Assembly: GCA_021654395.1 (NCBI GenBank)
Contig: AP024486.1
Location: 300,001-332,000 of the forward strand
Direction of reading: 5' to 3'
Length of the DNA stretch: 32,000 bases
DNA from: Candidatus Saccharimonadota bacterium
GTDB taxonomy: Archaea; Micrarchaeota; Micrarchaeia; Micrarchaeales; Micrarchaeaceae
In this document: piece after piece, positions 24,940 to 32,000 of the stretch
How positions within the stretch are numbered: position 1 is the stretch's first letter
Layout: every line of letters begins with the position of its first letter
Made by a program: the position numbers and the translations under genes
Notes under the pieces: generated by a model
The model's input: the letters and a program-made list of their open reading frames with translations, nothing else
What the model was told of the DNA's origin: nothing
Databases searched by the model: none

Positions 24940-26514
24940 ATGAGATATGCAAGACATATGATCTTAATAGCTGCTTTCATGCTACTATATGCAGCATTAG
25001 CCAGAGCACAAGCAGTTTCTGGAGAGGCATCACAAGCATTACAGATAACAAACCTTGTTGTTCAACCACAGCCGGTATATGCAGGAGAGAATGTTACAAT
25101 ATCTTTTAATCTATATAACTCATATGAAGAGGCAGTATATAATGTAATACTTCAAGCCGAATCACAGAATCCATTGCTAAATGTATCTCCAACATTTACG
25201 AACTATCTAAGCGCAGTAGGTCCTGGCCAATATGGCGGTTTAAGTGTAGATAGATTCTTCTTCAATATACACGTTCCTTCTAACATTCAGTCTGGCTTAT
25301 ATGAGATAAACTTTATCGCAACTTATTACTACGAGCTACCTAATGGCCAGGGCTATCAGGTAGGTCAATCAGAGATACCTATCTATATATACATATACTC
25401 AAATCCTAAGCTATCTATATCTGCATCGGCTCAATCATTAAATCTTGGTAGTATAAATCAATTAGAGCTTAATGTTCAGAATACTGGTGGACCCGCATAC
25501 AATCTTACTTTACAGATACTTAATAACAGCTTCTTCAAGCCTTATGGATCTCCTATAATTAATCTAGGAGATCTTCAGCAGGACTCTGGATTAAATGTTC
25601 CTTTGAATCTATATGTTAATAGCAGTCTAAGAAATACAACTGCATATATAGAAGCAAGGGTAAGCTATGAGAATCAGCTCAACAAGAGCTTTAGCTATAT
25701 ATATAAGATACCATTCCAGATATCAATACTATATCCAAATATAACAGTATCACAAGAATCATTAAATGTTCTATACCCTGGCAATAACGGAACAATAGCA
25801 TTAGATGTAGTAAATAATGGGTATGGAGCGGCTAAAGACATCAATGTTAATATAACAGCAAACAATATAAGTATATTAAGTAATAACAACTTTTACATAC
25901 CCTCTTTAAATCCTCTTCAATCACAGCCCATACAGCTATTCGTTGTACCACAAAGCTCTATAAATAGCTATATAACTGCGGATCTCTCTTACAAGTTAGA
26001 TAATAGCTCTAATTACATTAGCAAGAGAGTTATAGTTCCTATAAATGTCGCTAAAGGAGCAGTAATAAAAGTTGTTAGCTCTTACTCAAATGCTACAGTA
26101 GGATCAGCATATGCAAAGCTTGTACTTGGTATAAAGAATGAAGGAAATGAACCAGCAGATGGAATAACGCTAGATATTCAGACCAACTATCCTATAACAC
26201 CATTGCAATCATATTACTATATAAGCAATCTAACTCCTGGAGAGGTAGCTAATGCGACATTCTATATATCAGTGCAGCAGGGATCTAATCCTGGCTTATA
26301 TCCAATAAGCTTATACTATACATGGAAGCAGCCTAATGGTGCAGCAGATCAGCTATTCAGCGGTAGCTCTAGCTACTATGTAAATGTAACTGCTGCAGCT
26401 ATAAGTAGATCTTCAGGAAAAGGTAACTATGGCTTAGCAGTGCTAGCAGTAATTATTATAATAGTAGCAGCATATATATTTAGCAGAAGAGGAGCAAAGA
26501 GATCAAAGAAGTGA
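24940..26514 (+). CDS. Secreted, C-terminally anchored surface glycoprotein with about four CARDB/COG1361-like beta-sandwich repeats
   Basis: Signal peptide MRYARHMILIAAFMLLYAALARAQA. Four segments of about 100-120 aa each start with a 'strict beta' pattern (e.g. LQITNLVVQPQPVYAGENVTISFNLYN; LSISASAQSLNLGSINQLELNVQNTG; ITVSQESLNVLYPGNNGTIALDVVNNG; IKVVSSYSNATVGSAYAKLVLGIKNEG). About 16 N-x-S/T sequons by my count. C-terminal TM helix plus basic tail RRGAKRSKK. Confidence 0.6.
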   Translation: MRYARHMILIAAFMLLYAALARAQAVSGEASQALQITNLVVQPQPVYAGENVTISFNLYNSYEEAVYNVILQAESQNPLLNVSPTFTNYLSAVGPGQYGGLSVDRFFFNIHVPSNIQSGLYEINFIATYYYELPNGQGYQVGQSEIPIYIYIYSNPKLSISASAQSLNLGSINQLELNVQNTGGPAYNLTLQILNNSFFKPYGSPIINLGDLQQDSGLNVPLNLYVNSSLRNTTAYIEARVSYENQLNKSFSYIYKIPFQISILYPNITVSQESLNVLYPGNNGTIALDVVNNGYGAAKDINVNITANNISILSNNNFYIPSLNPLQSQPIQLFVVPQSSINSYITADLSYKLDNSSNYISKRVIVPINVAKGAVIKVVSSYSNATVGSAYAKLVLGIKNEGNEPADGITLDIQTNYPITPLQSYYYISNLTPGEVANATFYISVQQGSNPGLYPISLYYTWKQPNGAADQLFSGSSSYYVNVTAAAISRSSGKGNYGLAVLAVIIIIVAAYIFSRRGAKRSKK

Positions 26515-26523
26515 TATATTGAA

Positions 26524-27420
26524 ATGAAGGATTCAGCTTTAGATAGAATACTAAAAAGATATAATGTACAAGATTGGGTAAAGCCGTTAATTGTAGAATA
26601 TATAAAGAAGGATCCAATAAATGCAATAAAGAAGGCAAGATCGATAAACGACTTTAAAAGAAAGAAAGGTAGCTTTGATAAGAACTACGTAACTCTGCCT
26701 AACGGAATAAAGATAGAGACTAAGATAATCATACATGTACTTAAGACAATACTTGCCATAGAGAGAATGCTTGACAAGCTAGCGAAGCAGTGGCTGAAAG
26801 AGAGCGGCATTAGTAAGAGAGAGACAGATTACTACAAGTATCTAATAAGATCTAGCAGTAAGAAAGCCAAAGCATTAAATATAGTGCTTGATGCATTGCC
26901 AAGAGTTAGAGCGATATCTGATTATCCGAAAGATCTTGATGAACTGTTTAATTACATAGCAGAATTAGATAGCTTTGAAGAAAGGTTAATTGCTTTAGAG
27001 ATTGGTGTAAGATACTCATTTAATAAGGCATACGGAATGGTTCTATATAGAGTTTTCTACCCTGCATCCTCCGAGCTTGCTAGGCTTCTAAAATACGGAT
27101 TTACAAGTAATGAAGCAGGTAGGTACGAAGAGCTTGCAAAGTATATAGCTGCAGAGGTAGCAGACAAGGATAAGATAATAGAGATTATAGAGAGTATAGG
27201 AAAGTTTATATATCATACATCTATTAAGTATCTAAATATAGCTAAAAGATATCAGATAGAGAATGAGCTAATGCTACTAATAAATGTTGCAATAGCTTAT
27301 CCATTTCAGGTATTAAAGGAGTTGGGTTATAACATAGATCCAATAGCACAGCTATCAATAATTAAGAATAATGCTGGTGATCTGTATGGCAGAACAACAG
27401 AATCAAGAAAAGCAAAATAA
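26524..27420 (+). CDS. Hypothetical cytoplasmic alpha-helical protein (no family recognised)
   Basis: 298-aa ORF with coding-like composition and no TM helix or signal peptide. Starts 9 nt after the surface-protein stop, behind the SD-like GAAGTGAT, and overlaps the Alba start by 35 nt. Confidence 0.5.
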   Translation: MKDSALDRILKRYNVQDWVKPLIVEYIKKDPINAIKKARSINDFKRKKGSFDKNYVTLPNGIKIETKIIIHVLKTILAIERMLDKLAKQWLKESGISKRETDYYKYLIRSSSKKAKALNIVLDALPRVRAISDYPKDLDELFNYIAELDSFEERLIALEIGVRYSFNKAYGMVLYRVFYPASSELARLLKYGFTSNEAGRYEELAKYIAAEVADKDKIIEIIESIGKFIYHTSIKYLNIAKRYQIENELMLLINVAIAYPFQVLKELGYNIDPIAQLSIIKNNAGDLYGRTTESRKAK

Positions 27421-27691
27421 GGAGCAGAGCAATGTAGTGTATGTAGGAAAGAAGCCAACAATGAACTATGTGTTGGCTGTAGTGACATTGTTCAACAATG
27501 GTCAGTCAGAGGTTGTAATAAAGGCGAGAGGCAAAGCCATATCAAAGGCAGCAGATGTAAAGGAGATAGTCAGAAATAAGTTCATGGCAGATGTCAAGGA
27601 GAAAGGAGTAAAGATCTATTCAGAAGATATGACAAACGAGGATGGATCAAAGTCAAAGATAAGCGCTATAGAGATAGTACTATCAAAGTAA
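27386..27691 (+). CDS. albA: DNA/RNA-binding protein Alba
   Basis: NVVYVGKKPTMNYVLAVVTLFNNGQSEVVIKARGKAISKAADVKEIVRNKF is the canonical Alba core. The ATG at 27386 is preferred over the one at 27371. Confidence 0.85.
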   Translation: MAEQQNQEKQNKEQSNVVYVGKKPTMNYVLAVVTLFNNGQSEVVIKARGKAISKAADVKEIVRNKFMADVKEKGVKIYSEDMTNEDGSKSKISAIEIVLSK

Positions 27692-27704
27692 AATTCTTTT
27701 TAAC

Positions 27705-27712
27705 TATTTTAT
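27705..27712 (+). promoter_or_regulatory. TATA-like box TATTTTAT about 27 nt upstream of the aRF1 GTG start
   Basis: Lies within the 44-nt T-rich spacer after Alba. That spacer's T5/T6 runs could also terminate the upstream unit. Confidence 0.3.
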
Positions 27713-27735
27713 TTTATTTTTTAATTTTATAACTG

Positions 27736-28962
27736 GTGATTTCGATTCTTAAGGCTAGCTATTACTATAAGCTACTAAAAGATCTTAAAAGATTAAAGTC
27801 GATTGAGGGAACTGGTACTGAGCTTATATCATTATATATTCCAGAGTCTATGCCTATCTCTGATGTTGTAGCTAAGCTCAGAGATGAAAGAGGCCAAGCT
27901 TCAAATATTAAGTCAAAATCTACAAGGCAGAATGTTATAGCTGCAATAGATAAGATAATTCAGTATCTAAAGGTATTTAAGGAAGTACCTCCTAACGGAA
28001 TGGCTATATTCTGTGGTAATATAGCAAAGCAGCAGGAGGTACCAGATATAGAGCTATTTGAGCTAAGACCTCCGGCTCCGATAAAAGCAAATATATATAG
28101 ATGTGACTCTAAGTTCTTGCTAGATCCTATAGAAAATATGATATCTAACATAGATACTTATATTGTATTGCTTCTAGATGGTAGAGAGGCAACTGTAGCT
28201 ACACTAAATGGAGCTAACGTAACTGTACATAGCAAAATAAACTCTTTTGCTCATTCAAAGATGCATAAAGGAGGTCAGTCGCAAGCAAGGTTTACTAGAA
28301 TAATAGAGGGACAGATAGAAGACTATTATAAAAGAGTGGCAGACACTATAAATGAGCTGTTTATAAACCTTAAGAGTAATGGCCAGAATGTTGCTGGCCT
28401 GCTTATAGGTGGGCCAGGTCCAACAAAAGAAGACTTTGTAAACTCGAAGAATCTAAACTATCAGATTAAGATTATAGGAATATATGATACTGGATATGTT
28501 GATGAGATCGTTGGAATGAGAGAGCTATTAGAGAAGGCAAAGGAGTCGTTAGTCAATCAAGACCTTGTCAAGGAGCGAGAGATATTTCAGAGATTTCTTA
28601 ACGAGATCTATAGAAAAGGATTGGTTGTTTACGGAATAGAGAATGTTAAAAAGGCTGTAGAGTCTGGTAATATATCGAAGCTTCTGATAAGCACATCTTT
28701 AGATCTAGAAGAGGTTAAGTATCAATGTAGACAATGTGGTGCAGTATTTAGCGTTATAAGCGATTATGGTAAAAGAATGGAGAAGCATGATTGTGGTGGA
28801 GCTTTGGATGTAATTGATGCAGAAGATATAATAGAGAGGCTTATAGAGAAAGCAGAGAGCTTAGGAGCAGAGATATACTTTATATCAAGCGGATCTGAGG
28901 TAGACGAGCAGTTTGTAAAAGGCTTCGGAGGAATTGCAGCATTTCTAAGATATGCTATATAA
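27736..28962 (+). CDS. prf1: Peptide chain release factor aRF1
   Basis: NIKS motif (QASNIKSKSTRQNV), GGQ motif (HKGGQSQARF) and GTELISLYIP near the N-terminus. GTG start. Confidence 0.9.
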   Translation: MISILKASYYYKLLKDLKRLKSIEGTGTELISLYIPESMPISDVVAKLRDERGQASNIKSKSTRQNVIAAIDKIIQYLKVFKEVPPNGMAIFCGNIAKQQEVPDIELFELRPPAPIKANIYRCDSKFLLDPIENMISNIDTYIVLLLDGREATVATLNGANVTVHSKINSFAHSKMHKGGQSQARFTRIIEGQIEDYYKRVADTINELFINLKSNGQNVAGLLIGGPGPTKEDFVNSKNLNYQIKIIGIYDTGYVDEIVGMRELLEKAKESLVNQDLVKEREIFQRFLNEIYRKGLVVYGIENVKKAVESGNISKLLISTSLDLEEVKYQCRQCGAVFSVISDYGKRMEKHDCGGALDVIDAEDIIERLIEKAESLGAEIYFISSGSEVDEQFVKGFGGIAAFLRYAI

Positions 28963-28979
28963 GAGCTCTAGAAGAGCTC
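28963..28979. terminator. Perfect hairpin GAGCTCT-aga-AGAGCTC between convergent aRF1 and the small minus-strand gene
   Basis: 7-bp stem and 3-nt loop occupying essentially the whole 15-nt convergent spacer. Its function as a terminator is speculative in archaea. Confidence 0.25.
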
Positions 28980-29202
28980 ACTCCTCTATTTCAACTAGCT
29001 GTCCCTGTCCGATGCTTGATGGCATACTTTCCATCTCAACTATTAAGAACTCATCATCCAGAGATACAACATTACCTAACCATTCTTTATCGTTGTTATC
29101 GATATATCTTGCTTTATGTCCTATTAATCCTTTAAGATCTACCTGCTCACTTATGCTTAATATTAGCTTATTTCCATCAATGCTAGTTACTATTCCCATC
29201 AT
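28978..29202 (-). CDS. Small beta-barrel protein, PRC-barrel-like (function unknown)
   Basis: 74 aa. LIGHKARYIDNNDKEWLGNVVSLDDEFLIVEM resembles the PRC-barrel pattern (G-x-x-V-x-D-x-x-G-x-x-L-G-x-V-x-D). Preferred over the overlapping Ser/Leu-rich plus-strand ORF. Confidence 0.4.
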   Translation of the reverse strand: MMGIVTSIDGNKLILSISEQVDLKGLIGHKARYIDNNDKEWLGNVVSLDDEFLIVEMESMPSSIGQGQLVEIEE

Positions 29203-29314
29203 AATAGATACTTAATAGGCTTTATATTATATAACTTTCCATTATTCCATTAATAGCTTATGAAGCAGAACTATTTTTTAAATTTTTATTACATATTGAT
29301 AATAGGCGATCAGA

Positions 29315-29626
29315 ATGAAGCTTTCTGAACTGTATGATCTGGATATATATGCAGATAATGGCCAGTATCTAGGGAAGGCAAAGGATATAATTGTAAATAT
29401 GGAGCAGGGAGTTCTAGATAGAATACTGATGAAAGAATGGAGAAGCATATCAAGATCAGAGGTAAGAGAGTTCTTAAAGACAAAGAGCATTCTGTTCAAA
29501 AATGTTAAGAGCGTAGGCGATGTAATACTAGTCTCTAACAATAGCTCTGCTTCAGCGCCTCAAGAGCTTCAGTCACAAAATGATCAGAAAGAGTACGATA
29601 ATGTAGCAAAAGATCTATATCAATAA
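29315..29626 (+). CDS. PRC-barrel domain protein with disordered acidic/polar tail
   Basis: LSELYDLDIYADNGQYLGKAKDIIVNMEQGVLDRILM fits the PRC-barrel core. The C-terminal tail is NNSSASAPQELQSQNDQKEYD. Confidence 0.5.
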   Translation: MKLSELYDLDIYADNGQYLGKAKDIIVNMEQGVLDRILMKEWRSISRSEVREFLKTKSILFKNVKSVGDVILVSNNSSASAPQELQSQNDQKEYDNVAKDLYQ

Positions 29627-29649
29627 AATCTAAAAGATCATAAAGAGTT

Positions 29650-30309
29650 TTAGTTTGTTTTATCTTCCTTCTTAGACTTCTTATCTTTTATAATAGCGAG
29701 CTGGCCCAGATCTGCTATCGGCTGCTCTATATCTATATTCTGAACTACTGCTCTCTCTTTAACTCTTCTCTGTTTATTTACTTGCTTCTTAATTCCTAAT
29801 ATTGATCTAAGCTTATCGAATAGAGCATCTAGCTCCTTATTTATATTATTTATACTATCTAAAGTAGTCTTTATTGAGCTATCTAGCTTCTGAATATCAT
29901 CAGCTATAAGCTCCTTTTTCTTCTCAAGTCTTACATACTTATTTAGCTCCCTGATCTTTGCCTCTATATCTTCTATCTGCTTTGCAAGCTCCTTCTCTCT
30001 TGTTAAACTCATAGGCTCTGTATACATCCTGAACTCTATTCTCTTTTTCAGCTTTATCAATCTCCTAATTTCCTTCTTGTTACTCTCTAGTTGCTCTGGT
30101 GTTATATTCAGCTTTATCAATCTGTCGATAGCTTCTAACTCCTCCTTCTTATACATCTGCTTTCTTCTTAATCCTCTTAGGTCGCCTATAAGCTTATTCA
30201 GCTCTGCTTTCTTATTCTTTATCTCTTTTACTATGTTGATAGCCTCCGCATTTCCAGACTTCTCAGCTATCTGGAAGATGCCTTCTGCAGCTTTACTCTC
30301 TTGATTCAT
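29650..30309 (-). CDS. Coiled-coil protein (COG1340-like archaeal coiled-coil; function unknown)
   Basis: 219 aa, K/E/L/I-rich with heptad character throughout and a basic C-terminal tail. Contains an internal 17-bp direct repeat (30047-30063 and 30107-30123). Confidence 0.45.
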   Translation of the reverse strand: MNQESKAAEGIFQIAEKSGNAEAINIVKEIKNKKAELNKLIGDLRGLRRKQMYKKEELEAIDRLIKLNITPEQLESNKKEIRRLIKLKKRIEFRMYTEPMSLTREKELAKQIEDIEAKIRELNKYVRLEKKKELIADDIQKLDSSIKTTLDSINNINKELDALFDKLRSILGIKKQVNKQRRVKERAVVQNIDIEQPIADLGQLAIIKDKKSKKEDKTN

Positions 30310-30353
30310 GGAAATACCTTACTTTACAAATAGAGCATTCTAGATATATATAA

Positions 30354-31508
30354 TTATTTTAAATAAGCATATAAATTTATTAATCTATCTATTAAAGCCT
30401 CTATATCGTACTTATTAGCGGTAGAAAGCATTCCTTTATACGTATCTCTATTCTCTATTACTTTTATTATACTATTAGCGCAGCTTATTGGATCCTTGCT
30501 TCTGAATATCTCTCCGTTATAGCCATTCCTTATAATATCTTTTATAGCGTACTTATCTGCACCGACTACTGGCTTATTCATTGCCATTGCTTCTAATACA
30601 GTTAATCCCTGTGTCTCGAATGTCGACGGTATACAGTACAGATCTAGTGCAGCATAATACTTTGGCAGAAGCCTATCATCTATAAATCCTGTAAATACTG
30701 TTTTGCTCCCTATACCTGCCTTTAAGACTTCTCTTTTATATCTATTCTCTGCTGGGCCAGTACCTCCAATCAACAGCTTTATATTATATCCTTTGTCTAT
30801 AAGTATCTTAGCTGCCTTTATAAGCGTTTCAACATGCTTCTCTAAGCTTAATCTTCCTATATAGCCTATAACTATCTCATTATCTCTAGCGATCTGCGCT
30901 CTTATACTGTCTGCCTTTATCTTATAGTTAAATCTCTTTAGATCTATCCCATTTGGTATAACCTCAATATTCTCGATCTTATGCTTCTCTAGAAGAGCCT
31001 TTATCGACTCTGAAGGCGCTATAACGCGATCTACCTTATTATAAAAGAACCTCGAGTACTTCCACAGAAATGAAGCCTTACTTAATCCTTTAATCATTCC
31101 ATACTGCTTTAGTACCTCTCTACTCATAAATAATGTATGAAATGTTGCTACAGTGGGTACCTTAATAAGTCTTGCAAGAGTTAAGCCGGAGAAGCCTAAG
31201 ATAAATGGCGTATGTAAATGTATTACAGAGAAGTCATACTTAACGATCTTTGGTATTATATATATGGGAAAGATGCTTATATTGTACTGTGGGTATCTCT
31301 TAAACTTTATTCCAGGTATATATATTACATCCTTCTGCCTTTTATGTTCATTCTTTATAAAATCTTTATAGTGTAATGGTGCAAATATATATACTTTATG
31401 CCCTTTTCTCTCTAGAGCTGCTTTTGTATTTCTTATAGAGGTTACAACACCATCTACTGAAGGCAGATAAGAATCAGTAAAGAAAGCAATTCTTAAAGGT
31501 TCAGACAT
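30354..31508 (-). CDS. Glycosyltransferase family 4 (GT-B fold)
   Basis: N-terminal IAFFTDSYLPSVDGV, and a C-terminal E-x7-E region PSTFETQGLTVLEAMAMNKPVVG. Confidence 0.8.
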   Translation of the reverse strand: MSEPLRIAFFTDSYLPSVDGVVTSIRNTKAALERKGHKVYIFAPLHYKDFIKNEHKRQKDVIYIPGIKFKRYPQYNISIFPIYIIPKIVKYDFSVIHLHTPFILGFSGLTLARLIKVPTVATFHTLFMSREVLKQYGMIKGLSKASFLWKYSRFFYNKVDRVIAPSESIKALLEKHKIENIEVIPNGIDLKRFNYKIKADSIRAQIARDNEIVIGYIGRLSLEKHVETLIKAAKILIDKGYNIKLLIGGTGPAENRYKREVLKAGIGSKTVFTGFIDDRLLPKYYAALDLYCIPSTFETQGLTVLEAMAMNKPVVGADKYAIKDIIRNGYNGEIFRSKDPISCANSIIKVIENRDTYKGMLSTANKYDIEALIDRLINLYAYLK

Positions 31509-31511
31509 AAA

Positions 31512-31901
31512 TCAGATCTCTACTGCCTTGCCATTAGCTTTCTCTATCTTCTCTATAGCCTTTTTAGAGAAAGCAGATGCTCTTATCTCTGCAGGAAGCT
31601 CTAGCTCACCATTACTTAACACCTTATAGTAAGGAAGCTCTATAATCTTACTATTACTGTCTTTTAATAGCTTGCTTATCTCTCTAAGGTCGATCTCTCT
31701 ATACTTTACTTTTATGCTTGTAAATCCTTTCCTTCTAATAAGCCATGGCGTCTTAGCTGTAACTCTTGTAAACTTATGCTTCTTACCTCCTTTTCCGACA
31801 CCTCCTCTATCTCCAGCCCCTCTACCATTCTTTATATTTCCTCTTCCCCATCTTCTGTTTCCTAGATACTTTCTTGATCTCTTCTTAATTCTTCTTACCA
31901 T
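31512..31901 (-). CDS. rpl15: 50S ribosomal protein uL15 (L15P)
   Basis: MVRRIKKRSRKYLGNRRWGRGNIKNGRGAGDRGGVGKGGKKHKF is the typical Gly/Arg-rich uL15 N-terminus. Confidence 0.9.
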   Translation of the reverse strand: MVRRIKKRSRKYLGNRRWGRGNIKNGRGAGDRGGVGKGGKKHKFTRVTAKTPWLIRRKGFTSIKVKYREIDLREISKLLKDSNSKIIELPYYKVLSNGELELPAEIRASAFSKKAIEKIEKANGKAVEI

Positions 31902-31910
31902 ATATAATCA

Positions 31911-32000
31911 CTATAGCATCCTTGAGAGTAGCTCGTTTACCTTTTCATCAGAGTAGCCAAGTATGCTGTCTGCCCTGCCTGGTCTCTTTGAGCCAGGAAG
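31911..32000 (-). CDS. rpl30: 50S ribosomal protein uL30 (L30P), C-terminal 29 codons only
   Basis: My minus-strand translation gives ...LPGSKRPGRADSILGYSDEKVNELLSRML-stop (TAG at 31911-31913). This matches the conserved archaeal uL30 C-terminus, and its position upstream of uL15 is the canonical order. Confidence 0.7.
   Translation of the reverse strand, partial: LPGSKRPGRADSILGYSDEKVNELLSRML

Noticed and set aside
27692-27735. Extremely T-rich 44-nt spacer after Alba, considered as a small RNA or riboswitch
   Set aside because: It is too short and has no stem potential. It is better explained as oligo-T termination signals plus the TATA-like box for aRF1.
28952-29215. Plus-strand 87-aa ORF fully overlapping the minus-strand 74-aa ORF
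   Set aside because: The plus-strand translation is Ser/Leu/Pro/Cys-rich low complexity and would begin inside the end of aRF1. The minus-strand product has balanced composition and a PRC-barrel-like pattern. I kept the minus-strand call with modest confidence.
29278-29541. Minus-strand 87-aa ORF overlapping the PRC-barrel gene
   Set aside because: The plus-strand ORF has a recognisable PRC-barrel core and a sensible promoter distance. The minus-strand product is a Ser/Phe/Leu-rich antisense-type sequence.
30047-30123. 17-bp direct repeat TTCAGCTTTATCAATCT (30047-30063 and 30107-30123)
   Set aside because: It lies in frame inside the coiled-coil gene, 20 codons apart, encoding RLIKL twice. 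It is ordinary internal repetition in a heptad protein and too short to suggest a mobile or regulatory element.
31672-31956. Plus-strand 94-aa Pro/Leu/Phe-rich ORF
   Set aside because: It is antisense to uL15; its Pro-rich stretch is simply the reverse reading of the Gly-rich uL15 N-terminus.

Overview
Visibly AT-rich, very compact archaeal chromosomal segment. About 36 protein genes and one tRNA fill 32 kb, with only about 1 kb non-coding and many 1-35 nt start/stop overlaps. The gene set is clearly archaeal: Alba, aRF1, GatD, Trm1, class-I CCA-adding enzyme, aMBF1, FEN1 with a C-terminal PIP box, and uL30/uL15. Most of it is core housekeeping.

Layout:
- 1-10485 (minus strand): sufB-sufD-HTH-sufC-sufS-sufU, a site-2 protease, SMC, and a signal peptidase that runs off the window.
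- 10.6-22.7 kb: tRNA-modification and translation genes (MtaB-like, GatD, HemK-related methylase, tRNA-Leu, Trm1, CCA enzyme), plus NDK, DUF59, DUF1059, MBF1, FEN1 and an MFS transporter.
- 22.8-27.7 kb: a tightly coupled module of ABC-2 exporter, four-domain glycosylated surface protein, orphan protein and Alba.
- 27.7-32 kb: aRF1, two divergent PRC-barrel-like genes, a coiled-coil protein, a GT4 glycosyltransferase, uL15 and the end of uL30.

I found no CRISPR array, transposase, integrase, rRNA, recognisable defence system or biosynthetic cluster, and no intergenic region is long enough to hide a large RNA. The observations most worth follow-up are:
1. A tRNA-Leu(UAA) with a ~19-nt insertion in the D-loop, probably a non-canonical intron.
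2. A small HTH protein with a C-terminal Cys triad inside the suf operon, plus a perfect palindrome over the sufB promoter.
3. The ABC-2 / CARDB-like / orphan / Alba module.

All functional calls come from motif recognition by eye on the supplied translations. No database search or folding program was run. The ORF track translates GTG/TTG starts as M, so I moved several starts to a downstream ATG.
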